A stretch of 61,843 nt of DNA, filler included, from Sphacelaria rigidula (taxonomy: Eukaryota): assembly GCA_964200075.2 (NCBI GenBank). It is 8 parts of 8 records of this genome, joined end to end, with 100 filler letters (N's around TTAATTAATTAA, not from the genome) between each part and the next. Parts side by side here need not be neighbours in the genome. Positions count along the whole stretch, not along the records: positions 23,233 to 30,875 come from CAXNAA020013962.1; positions 30,976 to 38,617 come from CAXNAA020013963.1; 6 more parts are not named here. One strand, written 5' to 3'. Of this stretch, positions 24,076-36,900 are shown piece after piece; position 1 is the stretch's first letter, and every line of letters starts with the position of its first letter. Below the pieces are notes generated by a model. It worked only from the letters and a program-made list of their open reading frames with translations, had not been told where the DNA came from and ran no database searches. The position numbers and the translations under genes are program-made.

Positions 24076-24979
24076 GGCTAAGACTCCAAAACAGGGCGTG
24101 AACGTACATGTCATGGTGTCCCTGAGTCCGAGTACATGCAAGCAACTGGGCCAGCCAGATCCTGAATCTCGCGACCCCGCTCCTATTTATGGCTGATGGG
24201 TGTATGCGTGTGCCGTTCATGTGCCGTGCAGAAATATGTCTGGATAACTACCTTGGACAGCACGATTTTGACGTGAGCATGCGTCCAGAATGCACACTGA
24301 CTCGGTCTGCTGCTACCTTGCTGCATCTGGGAACTTGTCGTGCAGAGGCTTATCATCCTGACCGTGCGACTATACCCCTGCAACAACCATGATGTCTCGT
24401 GACCCATACAAACGGACCACGGAACCATGCAAACTCATCAGGCCACATCAAGCGAAAAGCAGAAGGCGCACAGCAAAATACCAACAAAAAAAAAGGAGGC
24501 GGCAAAATACGACTCTACTCGATCAGAATAAACACTCAAGGCTTGGTACTTACTCAAGACTTTTGCAGAGCAACTGATAAAACATGTAGCTTCTGCCCCG
24601 GTTTGTTCTTATAGTACACATCAGCTCACATCATCAGCAACGAAGCCAAGTAACGAGGTCGCTGCAGCACCTCACACAACAAGCGTCGTAACTTTTCTCC
24701 TAGGAGCCATAAACCCCTCCACGGGAGCGCAAACTACAATTTTTTGGGACCTATTTTTACGTCAAAACGAATTTCTCACAGTTGTGTTGAAGCAAATTGC
24801 GGAATCATTGCAGTCCAGGCAGCGCCCAGGCTTTCATACATTACTTTTGTGGGCGAAATGCGGATGTACGACACCCCAGGCAGCGCACAGGACTCATATC
24901 TATATGTGTCTATACAAAGGTTTCGGCTTACGCCGCTACGCTCAGTTGTGTGAGTTGCGTCATCGAAACGGCTATATTT

Positions 24980-26112
24980 GTGTGAGTTGCGTAATGGCAC
25001 ATGTCATAATTTGATGTCTATCATGAGACCACGGCTGGACCCCTGGGGGGTCAGTTAAAGTGCGACAATCAAATCAATCAATCAGCTGCTCATTAGCTGA
25101 GCACGTTGTGCGTGACCTTGGACAAATATGTCCAGCATTCCATGTGAGATTATTCGAAAATGATGCCGATTCAATTTTGAATTGGCGGCGACTCATAGTG
25201 AAAATCCCGTTGTATTCAGCGACTCGTGACGGGAAAGAAACGCATGTACGGTAGAATAGCAGCATCGGCTGCAGCAGCAATACCGAGACAGTTGAAAAGG
25301 AACTACCGTTGAGACGATGCGACATGCGTGCCAGATCAGAACAAGCTTGAGGTGTGCCAGCTCTACCCCGAAATTCAGAGGAAAATGAGGGCGCGCTGAC
25401 GGATTCATTCCTCTTCCGCTACTCAACTAAACATGGTGCCTATTCAATTCTCAAGTGAAAATGGTGCTGATTCCAAGAATGACAATATTTGCCTTGTCTA
25501 AGTCCGAAGAGCATCACACATGTCCTGTTGATTAGGGCACATGCGAATGCTTGACACACAACCCAACACAATCAGAGGTGAACTTGAGGAACTCATTGTT
25601 CCAGCAAACCAAAAACACACAGCTCAAGCCGTAGCTGCTCATTTGCTGAGCACGTTGTGCGTGACCTTCCACCGATCTATTCAGATTTCAATGAAAAGGG
25701 ACGATTTGTTTAAGACGAGCGCAAACCGGTGATAGTCGTGTGGGTTGCGTAATGGCACATGTCATAGGTTGAAGAAAAGGCCGTGGATGCTCATCAGCTG
25801 AACACGTTGTGCGTGACCTCAGACAAACCTGTTTAGCATCCCATGAGACTAAATCCGAAAACGACGCTGATTCAATTTTGAAATGAGGCGACTCATTATG
25901 AAAACAATCGCACGCACGGTAGAGTAGCCCGCAGCTGCAGCAGCAGAACAGAGACGGTACAGAAGAAAGTACCGTTGAGACGATGCGACATGCACGCAGG
26001 ATCAAAACACGCTCGAGGTGTGCCAGCCCTGCCTCGACAGCTCATCGGAGGACGATGGCACGCTGACGGTCTCATACCTTTTCCGCTTCTCAACTGAATG
26101 TGGTGCCGATTC
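24980..26112. repeat. Diverged direct duplication, ~24980-25440 versus ~25738-26112, with a partial third copy at ~25633-25670
   Basis: Shared blocks TTGCGTAATGGCACATGTCATA, CACGTTGTGCGTGACCT, GATTCAATTTTGAA, TACCGTTGAGACGATGCGACATGC and GAGGTGTGCCAGC. Confidence 0.8.
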
Positions 26113-27592
26113 CACAAATAATCGTGGCCTGCCTGCTGTCGAGAGAAATTGACACCTCCAAAGGTCTAAGGGTCCATCGAGACGTCAAAAGAGGAAACGC
26201 ATGAAACGGAACGCATCGCAACGCCATAACGCCATGCAGGACCAGCACAGAGAGCGATGTACTCCAAACCCAAGCGAACCAAAACCCACCCTGATTTCCA
26301 GCGAAAAGCAAGCGAAGTGCCTCCTGAGAGGTCCCAGCATTCAAGAACGTACCCTTAATTCAAGTAAAGGCGAAATCCGGGCGTGTATGAGGTTGAAAAC
26401 GAAGTGACGTCTGTATGCAGGGAGACGTCCACAATTGATAAATCATTATATTGTGATATTCTGGATAATAAGTTAGTAGAGCTGCAACGTGGTGAAGAAA
26501 AACACAAAAGCATCTCGCCGCCCCCCCTCCCTCCTCCCTGGCTGATTTCGCTGGTTTGCAGCATTTTGGGCTATGGCTCCGGATGCAACCTGCCCAGACG
26601 CCCCTTGCTTCACATGACCTTGCCAGCTGTGATGCGCTACGCGGATTCATTTTGTTCTGCGTTCTTGCAATCCTTACAGCAAAACGGATGAAGTTGATGA
26701 GATGTGCAGACGAAACCGGCTGTATTCGTCTTCACCTTTTGCCCCTTGATCGTCCGTCGATCGCATGGCACCCGTTCTGATCCAAGTCATCAAGCTGCCA
26801 GACACAGTCAGACCGCTCAAACTGAACTTGTTTCACGTCCTGACAGTATGATGCTGGACTCGATGCGAAAAAAAAAATGAAGCATCAGAGTTTCAACAAC
26901 TCCTCTTCCTCGCGACACGTCTGTGGTCTCAAGGAATCAGTTCATCACTCCCCCGGTTCACGCGTTGCATGTTGATCCTGCGGATTGAACCAGCACTCCC
27001 GGCACTGATCCGACTCTCGTCAAACAGCAGACACCGTTTTCAAGAGATGGGTGCAAGTTGACCTCGAGTCCAAAAAATCGAAGTGATATAATAAAATAAA
27101 ATAAAAAACAGCGAGGCGGCTGAGCGGTGAAGTCACTTGGAAACTATGATGAAGGAAACTAGTGCGTAACAATCGCTTACGCCCTGGTTTCTTTTACGAC
27201 AGCCTGGGGAACACGCCGCATCTTGACGAAAGAGCGTAGGACAAGCTCAGTTCACCTCACGAGTTACCTGTGTGCATCGGGTAGTGCTGCAGCCAACGCA
27301 GCTGCTCGAGGGAGCTCTCAGGAACCACCTTGTTTCTGCGAGTAAACTTCATGAGTTCTTCACGAAATCCTTGACAGGAACTCATGACTTCTTAGCGACT
27401 CTCGTTCTCCTACAACCAGGCGCGAACGGCCGCCCGGCCGAAGGCCAGCGACGCCCTGGAGAGCTGGTTGATTGATAACTCATCCGCTGTACTCTCTACC
27501 CTGCTCCACACGTCAGCTTATTTAGACACTGGGTCAAGCTCGTAGATAAAAGCTCCTCTGCCAACGTACCCCAAAACAATCATTACACTCAC

Positions 27593-27717
27593 CCCCAGTG
27601 GTTCTTCGCGATGTGTTCGCACAGTCGCACAAGCTGCGTCGCAATTCCTTTGCCTCTGTAATTTTTTGCCACCGCCACGTTGCACATATAGGGTTGCCAG
27701 GGTTCCTTGGGCTCCTG
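27593..27717 (-). CDS. GNAT acetyltransferase exon with acetyl-CoA binding motif A (QPYMCNVAVAKNYRGKGIATQLVRLCEHIAKNHWG)
   Basis: Canonical V...(Q/R)xxGx(G/A) motif, CAG acceptor and GG|GTGAGT donor. The frame is absent from the ORF track and was read by hand. Confidence 0.85.
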
Positions 27718-28321
27718 CTGGTGTAGGTGGCAAGGGGCAGGGGTGCGGGGCATTTCTGGGCGACGGACGATGAAACCTCTTCGGTAATAGGAATGTACAC
27801 GCTAGGGAGGGCTCGTAGAGAAATTCGACAGGATAGATGGACTTGGTGTATCGACGTTGATGACGGGTAGATGCACCGCTCATGCGTACATGCTGCTGCA
27901 GGCATATAATAAATATATCACGGATCATGGCACCTGACATCATCCCGGACCATCTTTATGCAACAGAGCACACGCGGGATTTGTGAGAGCTGAGACACAT
28001 GGATGCCGACGTTTCCCGTCTCGACGTTTTCCGTCTCGACGTTTTCCGTGGTCTCACACCGAACTTCCATTGAACACGGCGATCCTCAGCAAGCCAGGGA
28101 AACTTCGCTCCACAGCGACCAATTAACAGTCCGCCACTTGGAAACCTCTTTACACGCGACAAACAAACGCAAGTTTCATTTCTCGAGGGAAGTTCTGCCG
28201 AAGATCGCAGCTATCCGCACTACCACGAACAAAGTGAGCGCCATAAAGCTCGAGAGCGGTAGTGTATCCGCGGTCACTGCTGTACCGTGACCATAGACTG
28301 CGGAATGGCCAGTTTACCCAC

Positions 28322-28537
28322 CTTTCGTCGCCATGGATTGCGAAACGGCCAATTTGATGGCACCGTCCCGTCCGGCTGCCGAATATCCATCTCCACCACG
28401 GCCACGATTTCGCCAGCGCCCTCTGGTGTTTCTTCACCGGCGCGACTTTTAACAGCCAGCACGATAGCGTCGCTTGTAAGGACGAAGTCTCCACTCGACA
28501 GACGATCGCCGCATCGAGCCTTAAGAGCGTAGAAAAT
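28322..28537 (-). CDS. GNAT acetyltransferase exon (IFYALKARCGDRLSSGDFVLTSDAIVLAV...GEIVAVVEMDIRQPDGTVPSNWPFRNPWRRK)
   Basis: TAG acceptor and AAG|GTGGGT donor. 216 nt, phase 0/0. GEIVAVVE fits a GNAT beta-strand. Confidence 0.7.
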
Positions 28538-28596
28538 CTATGGTTAAATGCCATGAAGACACGGGCAACGAGGGACGAAAATATTCATTAACCCAC

Positions 28597-28690
28597 GTAG
28601 ACTGCGCATCGCTCCACTGTAAGAACCGTACTGGACGTCGTGGCAGGCGAACTTGCAAAGTATGTGACCTCCCCGAGGCACTCCCTCAGC
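28597..28690 (-). CDS. GNAT acetyltransferase, putative exon (LRECLGEVTYFASSPATTSSTVLTVERCAVY)
   Basis: AAG acceptor and TAC|GTGGGT donor. Phases fit both neighbouring exons. Confidence 0.45.
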
Positions 28691-28854
28691 CTTGTAGGTA
28701 CACCCGAGTGAAACGAGGGTATGACATTTCCTACCGAATCATTGCGGAATAAATGGTATTCATTTGTATGTATGAATGAAACGGGTTCACGTTCGGATGG
28801 TCTGTGCGTCTGTCTGCAATCTCGCGACTGTTCCAAACGTTTCGGGCGCTTTAC

Positions 28855-29060
28855 TCAACCGTTGCTTCTATGTCACGGAGAGTAGTATCGCCACCGTGCT
28901 CGACCTTCGAGGACTTTGTTCGTCGAGTGTCCGGTTGGAGAGTAGACAAAGGAGCATACGCTGAGGGAAGCACGTGGATGGTCCCACGTGGTGAAAAACA
29001 CGAAGCAACGGACAACACACTGGCGTCCTCCTCCCTCCCTGTGGTTCGAATACAGAAGAA
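28855..29060 (-). CDS. GNAT acetyltransferase, putative 5' exon (...SVLSVASCFSPRG...GDTTLRDIEATVE)
   Basis: Open frame ending at a GA|GTAAAG donor in phase 2 that joins the next exon as LRDIEATVE-LRECLGE. The start is uncertain: the ATG at 29087 is followed by an in-frame TAG. Confidence 0.4.
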
Positions 29061-29527
29061 CTAAAGCAAGGAATAGAAATTCGTCATGTAGGAAATGGAG
29101 CACGCGTTTCGGCGAAATACAGTGGCACAAGAGCAAAGCCCCATGTTTGGTTTGGTCTTTTACACTACCAGCAACTAAAGAAACGAAACAAAACATTGCA
29201 CGGCAGGTGTTACTGTACGTAAGCGTGCAGGACTGTCGAAGAGGGGCACATGACTGATGAGACCTCTGCGCCTTTGCATAACCGATAAGTCGACGGGCAC
29301 AAACCCACTGGTGGTAGGTAGGTACCTTTTCTGTCAGAAGTCGCGAAGTCCTTGGATTATATACCAACTAGGCTCAGATTGGACCAATAACGAGGGAGAA
29401 CAAGGTGGAGGTTGGTATGCAAGATCTTCCTGAGCCCCGATGGCTCCCGAACCCAAGCACAAACACAGCGCAAGCGGAGATATGAGTTTTGTTCGCAAAC
29501 GGCTTACAACGCCGCAAGCATAAATGA

Positions 29528-29577
29528 AGCACAGCACAGCACAGCACAGCACAGCACAGCACATCACAGCACAGCAC
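29528..29577. repeat. (AGCAC)n microsatellite
   Basis: About 10 near-perfect pentamer units. Confidence 0.9.
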
Positions 29578-30159
29578 ACGCGCGTGCGTGCCCAGAGCGG
29601 TTATCCCAGCACTTTATTTTCGCGAGCTGTACAATTTACGTGCGATAACATTTCCGTTCAGCTAACCGAGTAAGGTATATCGGGGACACACGCCGCACAC
29701 AACGCCGCGCCGGAAGCACCAATGAAGCTAGGACTTGGGCGTGTAAAGCAATGTAAACCCTCCAGAAGTGCTTCGATTTAAGTTGTGACAGTTAAGTCTG
29801 AGGAGTCAATACTCACGACACCCCTAACAGGGTTGGATTAGGCTTCTTCAGTGCGTCCGGGCGCACAAGCGAAACGCAAGACCGGGGGCATCGATGAAGC
29901 TGAAACTTGCTGGGGGCGTGTAAAGAGGTGCTAGATGGGCGGTGAGATGTTTCTCGCGCCGCGGGACTTCGGCACGAGTTGGCTCACAAATGTGCGCGCG
30001 CAAACACACTGAGAGCGGAAAAAATGGATTTCGCCAGAACAGCTTCTCGGTCGTAACGGTCACAAACGGAAATGAAACCAGAACGACGACGATTGAACGA
30101 AGACCTCAATAGCTGCCTGGCGTACCCGTTGTTCTCTGGGCGCTCCATCAGTACGCCCA

Positions 30160-30365
30160 GGTTAGCTTCTCTATTCCATGTCTATATCCGGGCTGTGTTT
30201 TGATGTGTTGAATGAAAAGGAGGGTTAGCTTCTTCATCCGATGTCCATGTCCGGGCTGTGTTATGGTAGGTTAAAGAGAAAAGGGGGTTAGATTCTCTAT
30301 TTCATGTCCATGTCCGGGCTGTGTTATGGTAGGTCAAAGAAAAAGGAGGGTTAGCTTCTTCATTT
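30160..30365. repeat. Tandem repeat, about 3.3 copies of a 63-bp unit
   Basis: GGTTAGCTTCT...ATGTCCATGTCCGGGCTGTGTT...AAAAGG(A/G)G recurs at 30160, 30223, 30286 and 30349. Confidence 0.88.
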
Positions 30366-30975
30366 AACAGTGGATCCTGGAAAATGGGGTCCATCTAAAA
30401 AATGAGGTTGAAGTGGGATTTCTTTTTTTCTTTTTTCACGCGAAACACTTACGACCGAGCGAAGCCATCTTCCCCCCAAATGTCCGCAGCAGTTAAGCAG
30501 CTGTGGCTAGGTGCACCTAACGAATGCGATGTACACGCTTGTCGATGACGATATCACCACAGAGAGAAGCAACGACAGAGAGGAAGCTCCTCGCCCATGT
30601 CCTGTGTGTGCCCTCACTCGGCGATTACCAAACTCTCGCCAGACTGGCATCATCGATGTTACCAGCATGTGCCCAATTTTCCATGTGCCGAAACATCGAG
30701 CTGCGGAGATATTTTCTCTCGTCTTACGATTGTCTGTCGAGCTCACGAACGCGAAGATCGATTTCTCTCTGCCTCTCCTTATGGACAGGACGCGCCTCTG
30801 TGCGCTGAGGAACATGTCGTTGAAAAACAGGGCAATGTTCCCGTCACCACTACTACTGTTCTCTGTCACACGCCTNNNNNNNNNNNNNNNNNNNNNNNNN
30901 NNNNNNNNNNNNNNNNNNNTTAATTAATTAANNNNNNNNNNNNNNNNNNNNNNNNNNNNNNNNNNNNNNNNNNNN

Positions 30976-33900
30976 ACGCAATTCGCTATCAAGATTATTC
31001 CGTGTCCCACGCCGTGTCGGGGTTGCGCAAGACAGCTGTGTCGATGTCCCCTTTGTCGTGTCGTTGTAGGCACCAAGATCCTCGGCGAGCGGTCGGCATC
31101 TCGGTATAGTAATCGTCGCGGAGACGGATCTTGAGAGGACCCGGATCATCGAGGAAGCGGTCTAGTAGGAATCGTCCGCCTCAGGATCTATCGAATGAAC
31201 TTTCCCCAGCCACCACCGCGAATCCATAGCCCTGTACCAAAAATATGCACCTTTCGGCAAACGTTTCTTCGAAAAAAAGCGCAGGTATTGCGAACGGGAA
31301 ATGAGACTATAGCCCGAAATGACAAATCGTGCCGAGTGTTCTCGGGCCAATTCACGAGCTGCTGCGCCTTTTCGCATAGGCCTATATCGTTTGTTCAACG
31401 GGCGTATCTCTCTTCGAAAATGACGCAAATCCTCCTCCCGTTCCCACGTAACACGCATGAGGCCTCTCCAGTGAGTCTGATACATAACCGCAATTTTACC
31501 GCCTCGACCTCGGACTAATTGATGGCCCGAGATGCGATCTACCACTACGCGTTCAAGAGGACCATCAGCGTCTTCAACCGCCATGTGGTACGATGGGGTT
31601 TTCGCCGCATACCTGATTAGCACATACTGAGCCCCATAGGCAATTGCTTGGGCATATCACTAGTGTCATGAGAGGGCAGACACGGTTTGCACCGAAGCAT
31701 CGAGACCCGGTGTTTGGGTTTGACGCCAGGTTCATCCGTGAGGAAATCCAAATTCAAAAGTTTCTCACCTACTGGCCTATCGTCAGGTGCGGTATCACAG
31801 GGCCCAACTGCCGAAATCTTCCAAGGACCAGTCCAATTCAAGCAAAGCTTCGACTTCAACACCTTATCCGACGACGACTTAGCAGAGCTTGCACCTTGGG
31901 TTACAGTTCTCACATTGTTATACACCTATGCTCATTCACCTACTTTCCACACCGGACGGTTGTTCACTGCATTATCCAACACGCTGTTTGCTTGGCTACC
32001 TTTGCTGCGTTGGTCAAGTTCTGCTCCCGTACCATCTCATATGCAAGACGAAGACGATTACTAACAGACATATGATACTCCACAATATCCCGATCCAAAC
32101 GCTGATGACCACCAGGGGATTTCGTGTCGAACACTGTCAATGGCAACCTGGGCATACGACCAATATGAACTTCATTGGGAGCCAAGCCTGTGGTGGCATT
32201 GACGGAGTTGTTGTAGTTCTTCTGGACAAGGGGTAGGTGCAGGTCCCAGTCCATTTGTCGCTCATTGGTCACTGTGGCAAGCATTTGCGCCATCGTGTGA
32301 TTAACTCGTTCGGTCCCACCGGTAGTGGACGGATGGTATGAACTAGTAAAAATACGATGGGCACCCAGGAGATTACTGATCGCGGCAGAAGGTTTGCCGG
32401 CAAAATGTGGGCCGTTATCGCATAATAAACGTTTGGGGACACCCCACTGAGGGATGTATGTGTGCGCAGGGACGTTGGCAAACCCTTCTGCACTCTAGTT
32501 GGCCTTCGAAACAGCATTCATCACAGCATGTGGACTGAACCGATCCGTAAAGAACAAGATGTACTTGTTACCACTATCAGTGAGGGGCAGGGGGCCAAAG
32601 TAGTCCCATGAAACTATTTCACCACGCCCATTGGGGAGGGGCATAGAGATTACCGGCCATCTAACTGTTTGACGCGAAGTTTCGCGTGCTTGGCAAAGAA
32701 GACACCGCCGAACCCACCAACGCACACATTGGTCCATACAAATCCACCCAAAAAACCGCTGAAGCATCTGGGAGGTCCTAGCGACGCTCAGATGTGTGGA
32801 TGCTTGTGAGTGGCATTCATGGAGAACCCATGGACGCAGAAGCATCGGAACATACATACGCACGGGGGCATCACCCAACAGACGGGCGTGACTACTTGTA
32901 GGTTTCCCTCCAGGAGGTTTCGTGGGGGGACCGGTGAACTGAAAGAACAACGCCATCATCGTCCGTATAAAGCATGCCTTTACGCGATAATTCAGTAGCT
33001 TCATCCTGTGTGGGGGCTCGGTGGGGCCCTGCTGGCGAAATGAACTCAGTTTCTGGAAAGGGGGAGGGGCATCCTTTGGATAGATAATATATAGCTGCTC
33101 TACAAACAGGTTCAGCTTGCTATTTGCGGGCCCAATCGGCTTGAGAAAAGAGGGTCAATTCCTTGATTACACTGTCGGAGGGGTTGCCCAAAACGCAGGG
33201 GATCGAATCGCTGTGGGATGGACATGAGGCGTTATTTGGATCAAGGTCAGAGGGGGTGGTCAGTGTATTCTCAAACGGAACGTTCACCTTTATTCCTACG
33301 GTGTGGTGGGTGTCGGATGGTGTGGTACCGGAGGTGGTACCATCACGGGGTGGAGGAGGTCTCGACTATGGTGGGCAGAGGTGGTTTGGCAGGTGTCAAT
33401 TTTCTGGGGGCCTTGCGCCGTGGAGGTAACGGAGGCGCAAGGAGGCTATCGGGGACTGGAATGCGGTTGGGGATTGGGATGTCTGGGCCGGCTGCTGCCA
33501 GGGCGGCAGCCGTTTCCGCGGCCCGGCGTCCTCGGGTCCGGCTCGAGATGAGGTCTCGGACTTAAACCGGGAGGACGAAGCCAATAGAAACCGGCTCTAC
33601 AGTGCAAAGCATCCGATGACCAGACGCACGAAATTGATCGTGCCCGCCGGTAGTTGCACGAATTTCACTCCTAACTGAACACAACAATCGTGGGGTCAAA
33701 CTGCCCAATACAGAAGCGTAAGCCGAAGGCGTCAGCTTATTTTCAACAAGTGCCGAGTTGTGGTTCAGTGAGAGTGGTGTATAGAGTACGCGAGGACCAT
33801 TTGTGCTTATGAAATATGCAATGCCTTCGGTGGGGTCTGTGATGCGACCCAAGGCGGAGTTGTCGATGGGTTGGGCTGGTAAGGGCAAGCGTGACAGGAA

Positions 33901-36900
33901 GTCGGCGCTTGCGTTTTGGGGACCTGTGCGGTACTTCAACGTGAAGCTGTAGGAAGAGAAGATTTCAAACCAGCGTTGAACCCGGGCGTTGTGTTCCGCC
34001 ATTTTGGCGAGGTTTCCCAAAGACTTATGATCTGTATACATCACAAACGGGAGGTCATACAAATATTACTGGAGTCGTCGCACTCCCCAAACAATTGCAC
34101 CTGCTTCTTGTTCCATAACGGTCTAGTTCTGTTCGTTCGGGTAGGTGGCTCGGCTCAGATATACAATGGGGCGAACACTAGCATCGTCTTGTTCCTGTTC
34201 TAGTGTGCAGCCAAACCCAATTTGTGAAGAATCCGTGTGCAGTCGGAACGGACGGGAGCCATTTTCAGCTGACCAGTCTGGAAAAACCAGAGTTGGTGGC
34301 TTTGACAATGTGTCGAGCTGCTCTCGTAAAATTTTTTCCATTGCCGACGCACCATTATTACCCCCTTCTTGAGGATGTGGTGAGAGGTTTCAGAGCTTAG
34401 GCTAAATTTGGCAGATATTGACGCTAGTAACTCAAACCACCGAGTAAAGAGCGCAGTTGAGAGACATCGCGTGGCATGGGCATCTCTCTAAGTGCGGCAG
34501 CTTTGTCGAGGTTGGGACTACGACCTTCAGGGATGATACAATGGCCTAGGAACTCGATGCGCGTGGCTCCAATGCGGGATTTAGATGGGGCAAGCTTCAA
34601 ATTGTGTTGTTCAAAACGAGCAAAGAAGGACGCCAAATGTTCGACATGTTCAGCAGGTGTACTGCTGTGAACCACCGCATCGTTGAGGTACATGCGGAAT
34701 TTGGACAGTCCATCAATGACGCGAAACATCACACGTTGAAACTCTCCTGGGGCGCCGGCGGCACCTTGTGGAGTGATCAGCCACTCATATAGTCCTGACG
34801 GGGTGCAAAACGCCATCAGCTCGATAGAGTGCGGATCCATCACCAGTTGGTGGTAACCGGACTGCATGTCGAAGTTCGAAAAAACTTTGCCCCCGCCGAG
34901 GGAGTCGATGATTTCATCTATCCGGGGAAGAGGTAGACGTGCGATTTTGGTGACTGCGTTCAACCGTTGATAATGGACGTTCAGTCGGATCTTACCATTC
35001 TTCTTCCGGACGACTACCAAAGGCGAGGCCCACGGAGACGTTGAGTGCCGTATTTACCCGGCGGACAAGTATTAGTCGAGAATCACTTGAATTTTACCCG
35101 CTAGAAGAGGGTTTGTACGGTACGGACGCATCTCGATAGGTCTCGTACCATCAGGAATGTTGATCTTGAACGGTATAGTGTTGCAGTGGCCTAAATCTGT
35201 TGACGAGTTGGAAAACCGTTCAGAGTATCGCATCAAGTTGGAGCGCAACCGATCAATCACCGTGGGTGTCCAACCCCCACCAGATGAATCAAACGCAGTG
35301 TGTTTCAAACGGGGGGGAATCTCATCCCATAACCGTTGAAAACTAACACATTGCTCTGGCGAGAATGTATCTAGCACGACAGTCGGAGGTTTTGTGTCGG
35401 GCGTATCAGTCGATTCGGCTACAACCATGGGGTCAGTTTCGTCGAACAAAGTGAAAACGCTTGTCTCTAAGCTGTTTGATGATGTTTGCGGTGGCACCTT
35501 CAGACATACATTCAACAAGGCTGCCCGTAGGAGGGGCGCTTGAGCAAAACCCAACAACTGACCAGGAAGGATATCGAGACATGCAGAGGACGTGAGGGGA
35601 ATGGATTGCCCACCCTCATCGACAAATACATCGGTCTGATCAAAGGGGGGAATACTGTCTGGGGTTTGATTGGGATTGGTAAAGTCGACCAAGTACTGTC
35701 CAGTGAGGGCGGGGGATCCGTTCCGTCTCACAAGATTTACATGGATGTGTTGAGGTTCACAGGACAGAGAGACGACGTGGCTTCCAACATTACACAGTCG
35801 AAAAGCTTCACCTGTTTGTGTCGGGTCATCGACATAGGCCTGAGCCCCTGGATCAGCGTCGTGATGTCCTAATTTTAATTTTCCTGTCAGTGGTCCGTTC
35901 AAGACAGGTGAGTTTGTCGTGTATGTATGTGAAAAACATAGCCAGCTATCACGTCCCAAGAGGATATCAACCAACATGGAACCATCGGGCACAATGAGTG
36001 CCCACACAGCTAATCGTGCAGTGGGACCCGTCTCATCGAAGAGTTGCACACTGAGTCTCACTGATTGATCAACCGTAAGGGGAGTGGAGGCACCAAACCC
36101 GCCAAAAACACGAGGGGCAACAGTAGAAAGGCCATGTTTGTCTGCTGCTCCAGCGTACATCATGTGTTGCCAGCAGCTGGCTGTGATGAAAGTTTGTGGC
36201 GAGCCAGTGTCGGGCAGTGCAACGGCCATCAAAGGGCGTATTGCATGCACTCCATTCGGGTTGTGCAGGAGGCGTCATCCATGAGTGCAGTTCCACTGAC
36301 CAAGTCCGGTCCAAATTCCGACAATTGATCTGCAGCCACATCGCCCTTGCGTTGTTGGGCAATGGTACTGAAATAGACTCGAGATTGATCCTCCGGAACG
36401 AATGTGTTTTCCGAAGGGCCGTCGTGGCACGGGGGGTTGTATAGGGCGTGTGGTGCAGTAGACGAAACTTGGATGTCGTACACAGTCAGGGATGGACGAC
36501 GCCTAGGAAAGGAAGTGGATGTGAATGTTTGCAATAATTGTTTGGAGCTATGAGAAACAGGGGAGAAACAATCCTGATCGGACTGCAATTTTGACGGCAC
36601 GGCCGGGGTTTGTCCGGCACCATGAGACATACATGCAGGGCGTAGCGGGTTTACTGTCCCAACAGATGTCAACGCTACTTTACTCTTCAATATAGATTTC
36701 CAGGGGTCGACAGGAAGCGGTGCTGATCTGTTCGGGGTCTGGGAAACACCGACCTGTTCTACGACAAGGCTTTCATCCGCTGTGCCCGGCACCCGGGCAC
36801 CTTCTTGGTGGGCGGATGCAGCGGCGACTACAGGTTTATTTACAGTTTCATCCGGACGAGCCCGCTCCTGGTGTCGCGTATAGCGCACTCTAGAGCCGGC

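Noticed and set aside
24091..24125. GHHDMYVHA as the missing last GNAT exon
   Set aside because: Wrong splice phase, no downstream GNAT motif B, and it adjoins a dispersed repeat.
26383..27470. IDKSLYCDILDNKL (Tc1-like) and other exon-like fragments
   Set aside because: Too short, with no DDE motifs and with in-frame stops.
30507..30875. Overlapping ORFs at the end of contig 4
   Set aside because: No recognisable domain, and truncated by the gap.
34670..34700. YLND in place of YxDD as a novel RT active site
   Set aside because: The element has many other inactivating mutations and its relative retains YLDD, so this is decay.
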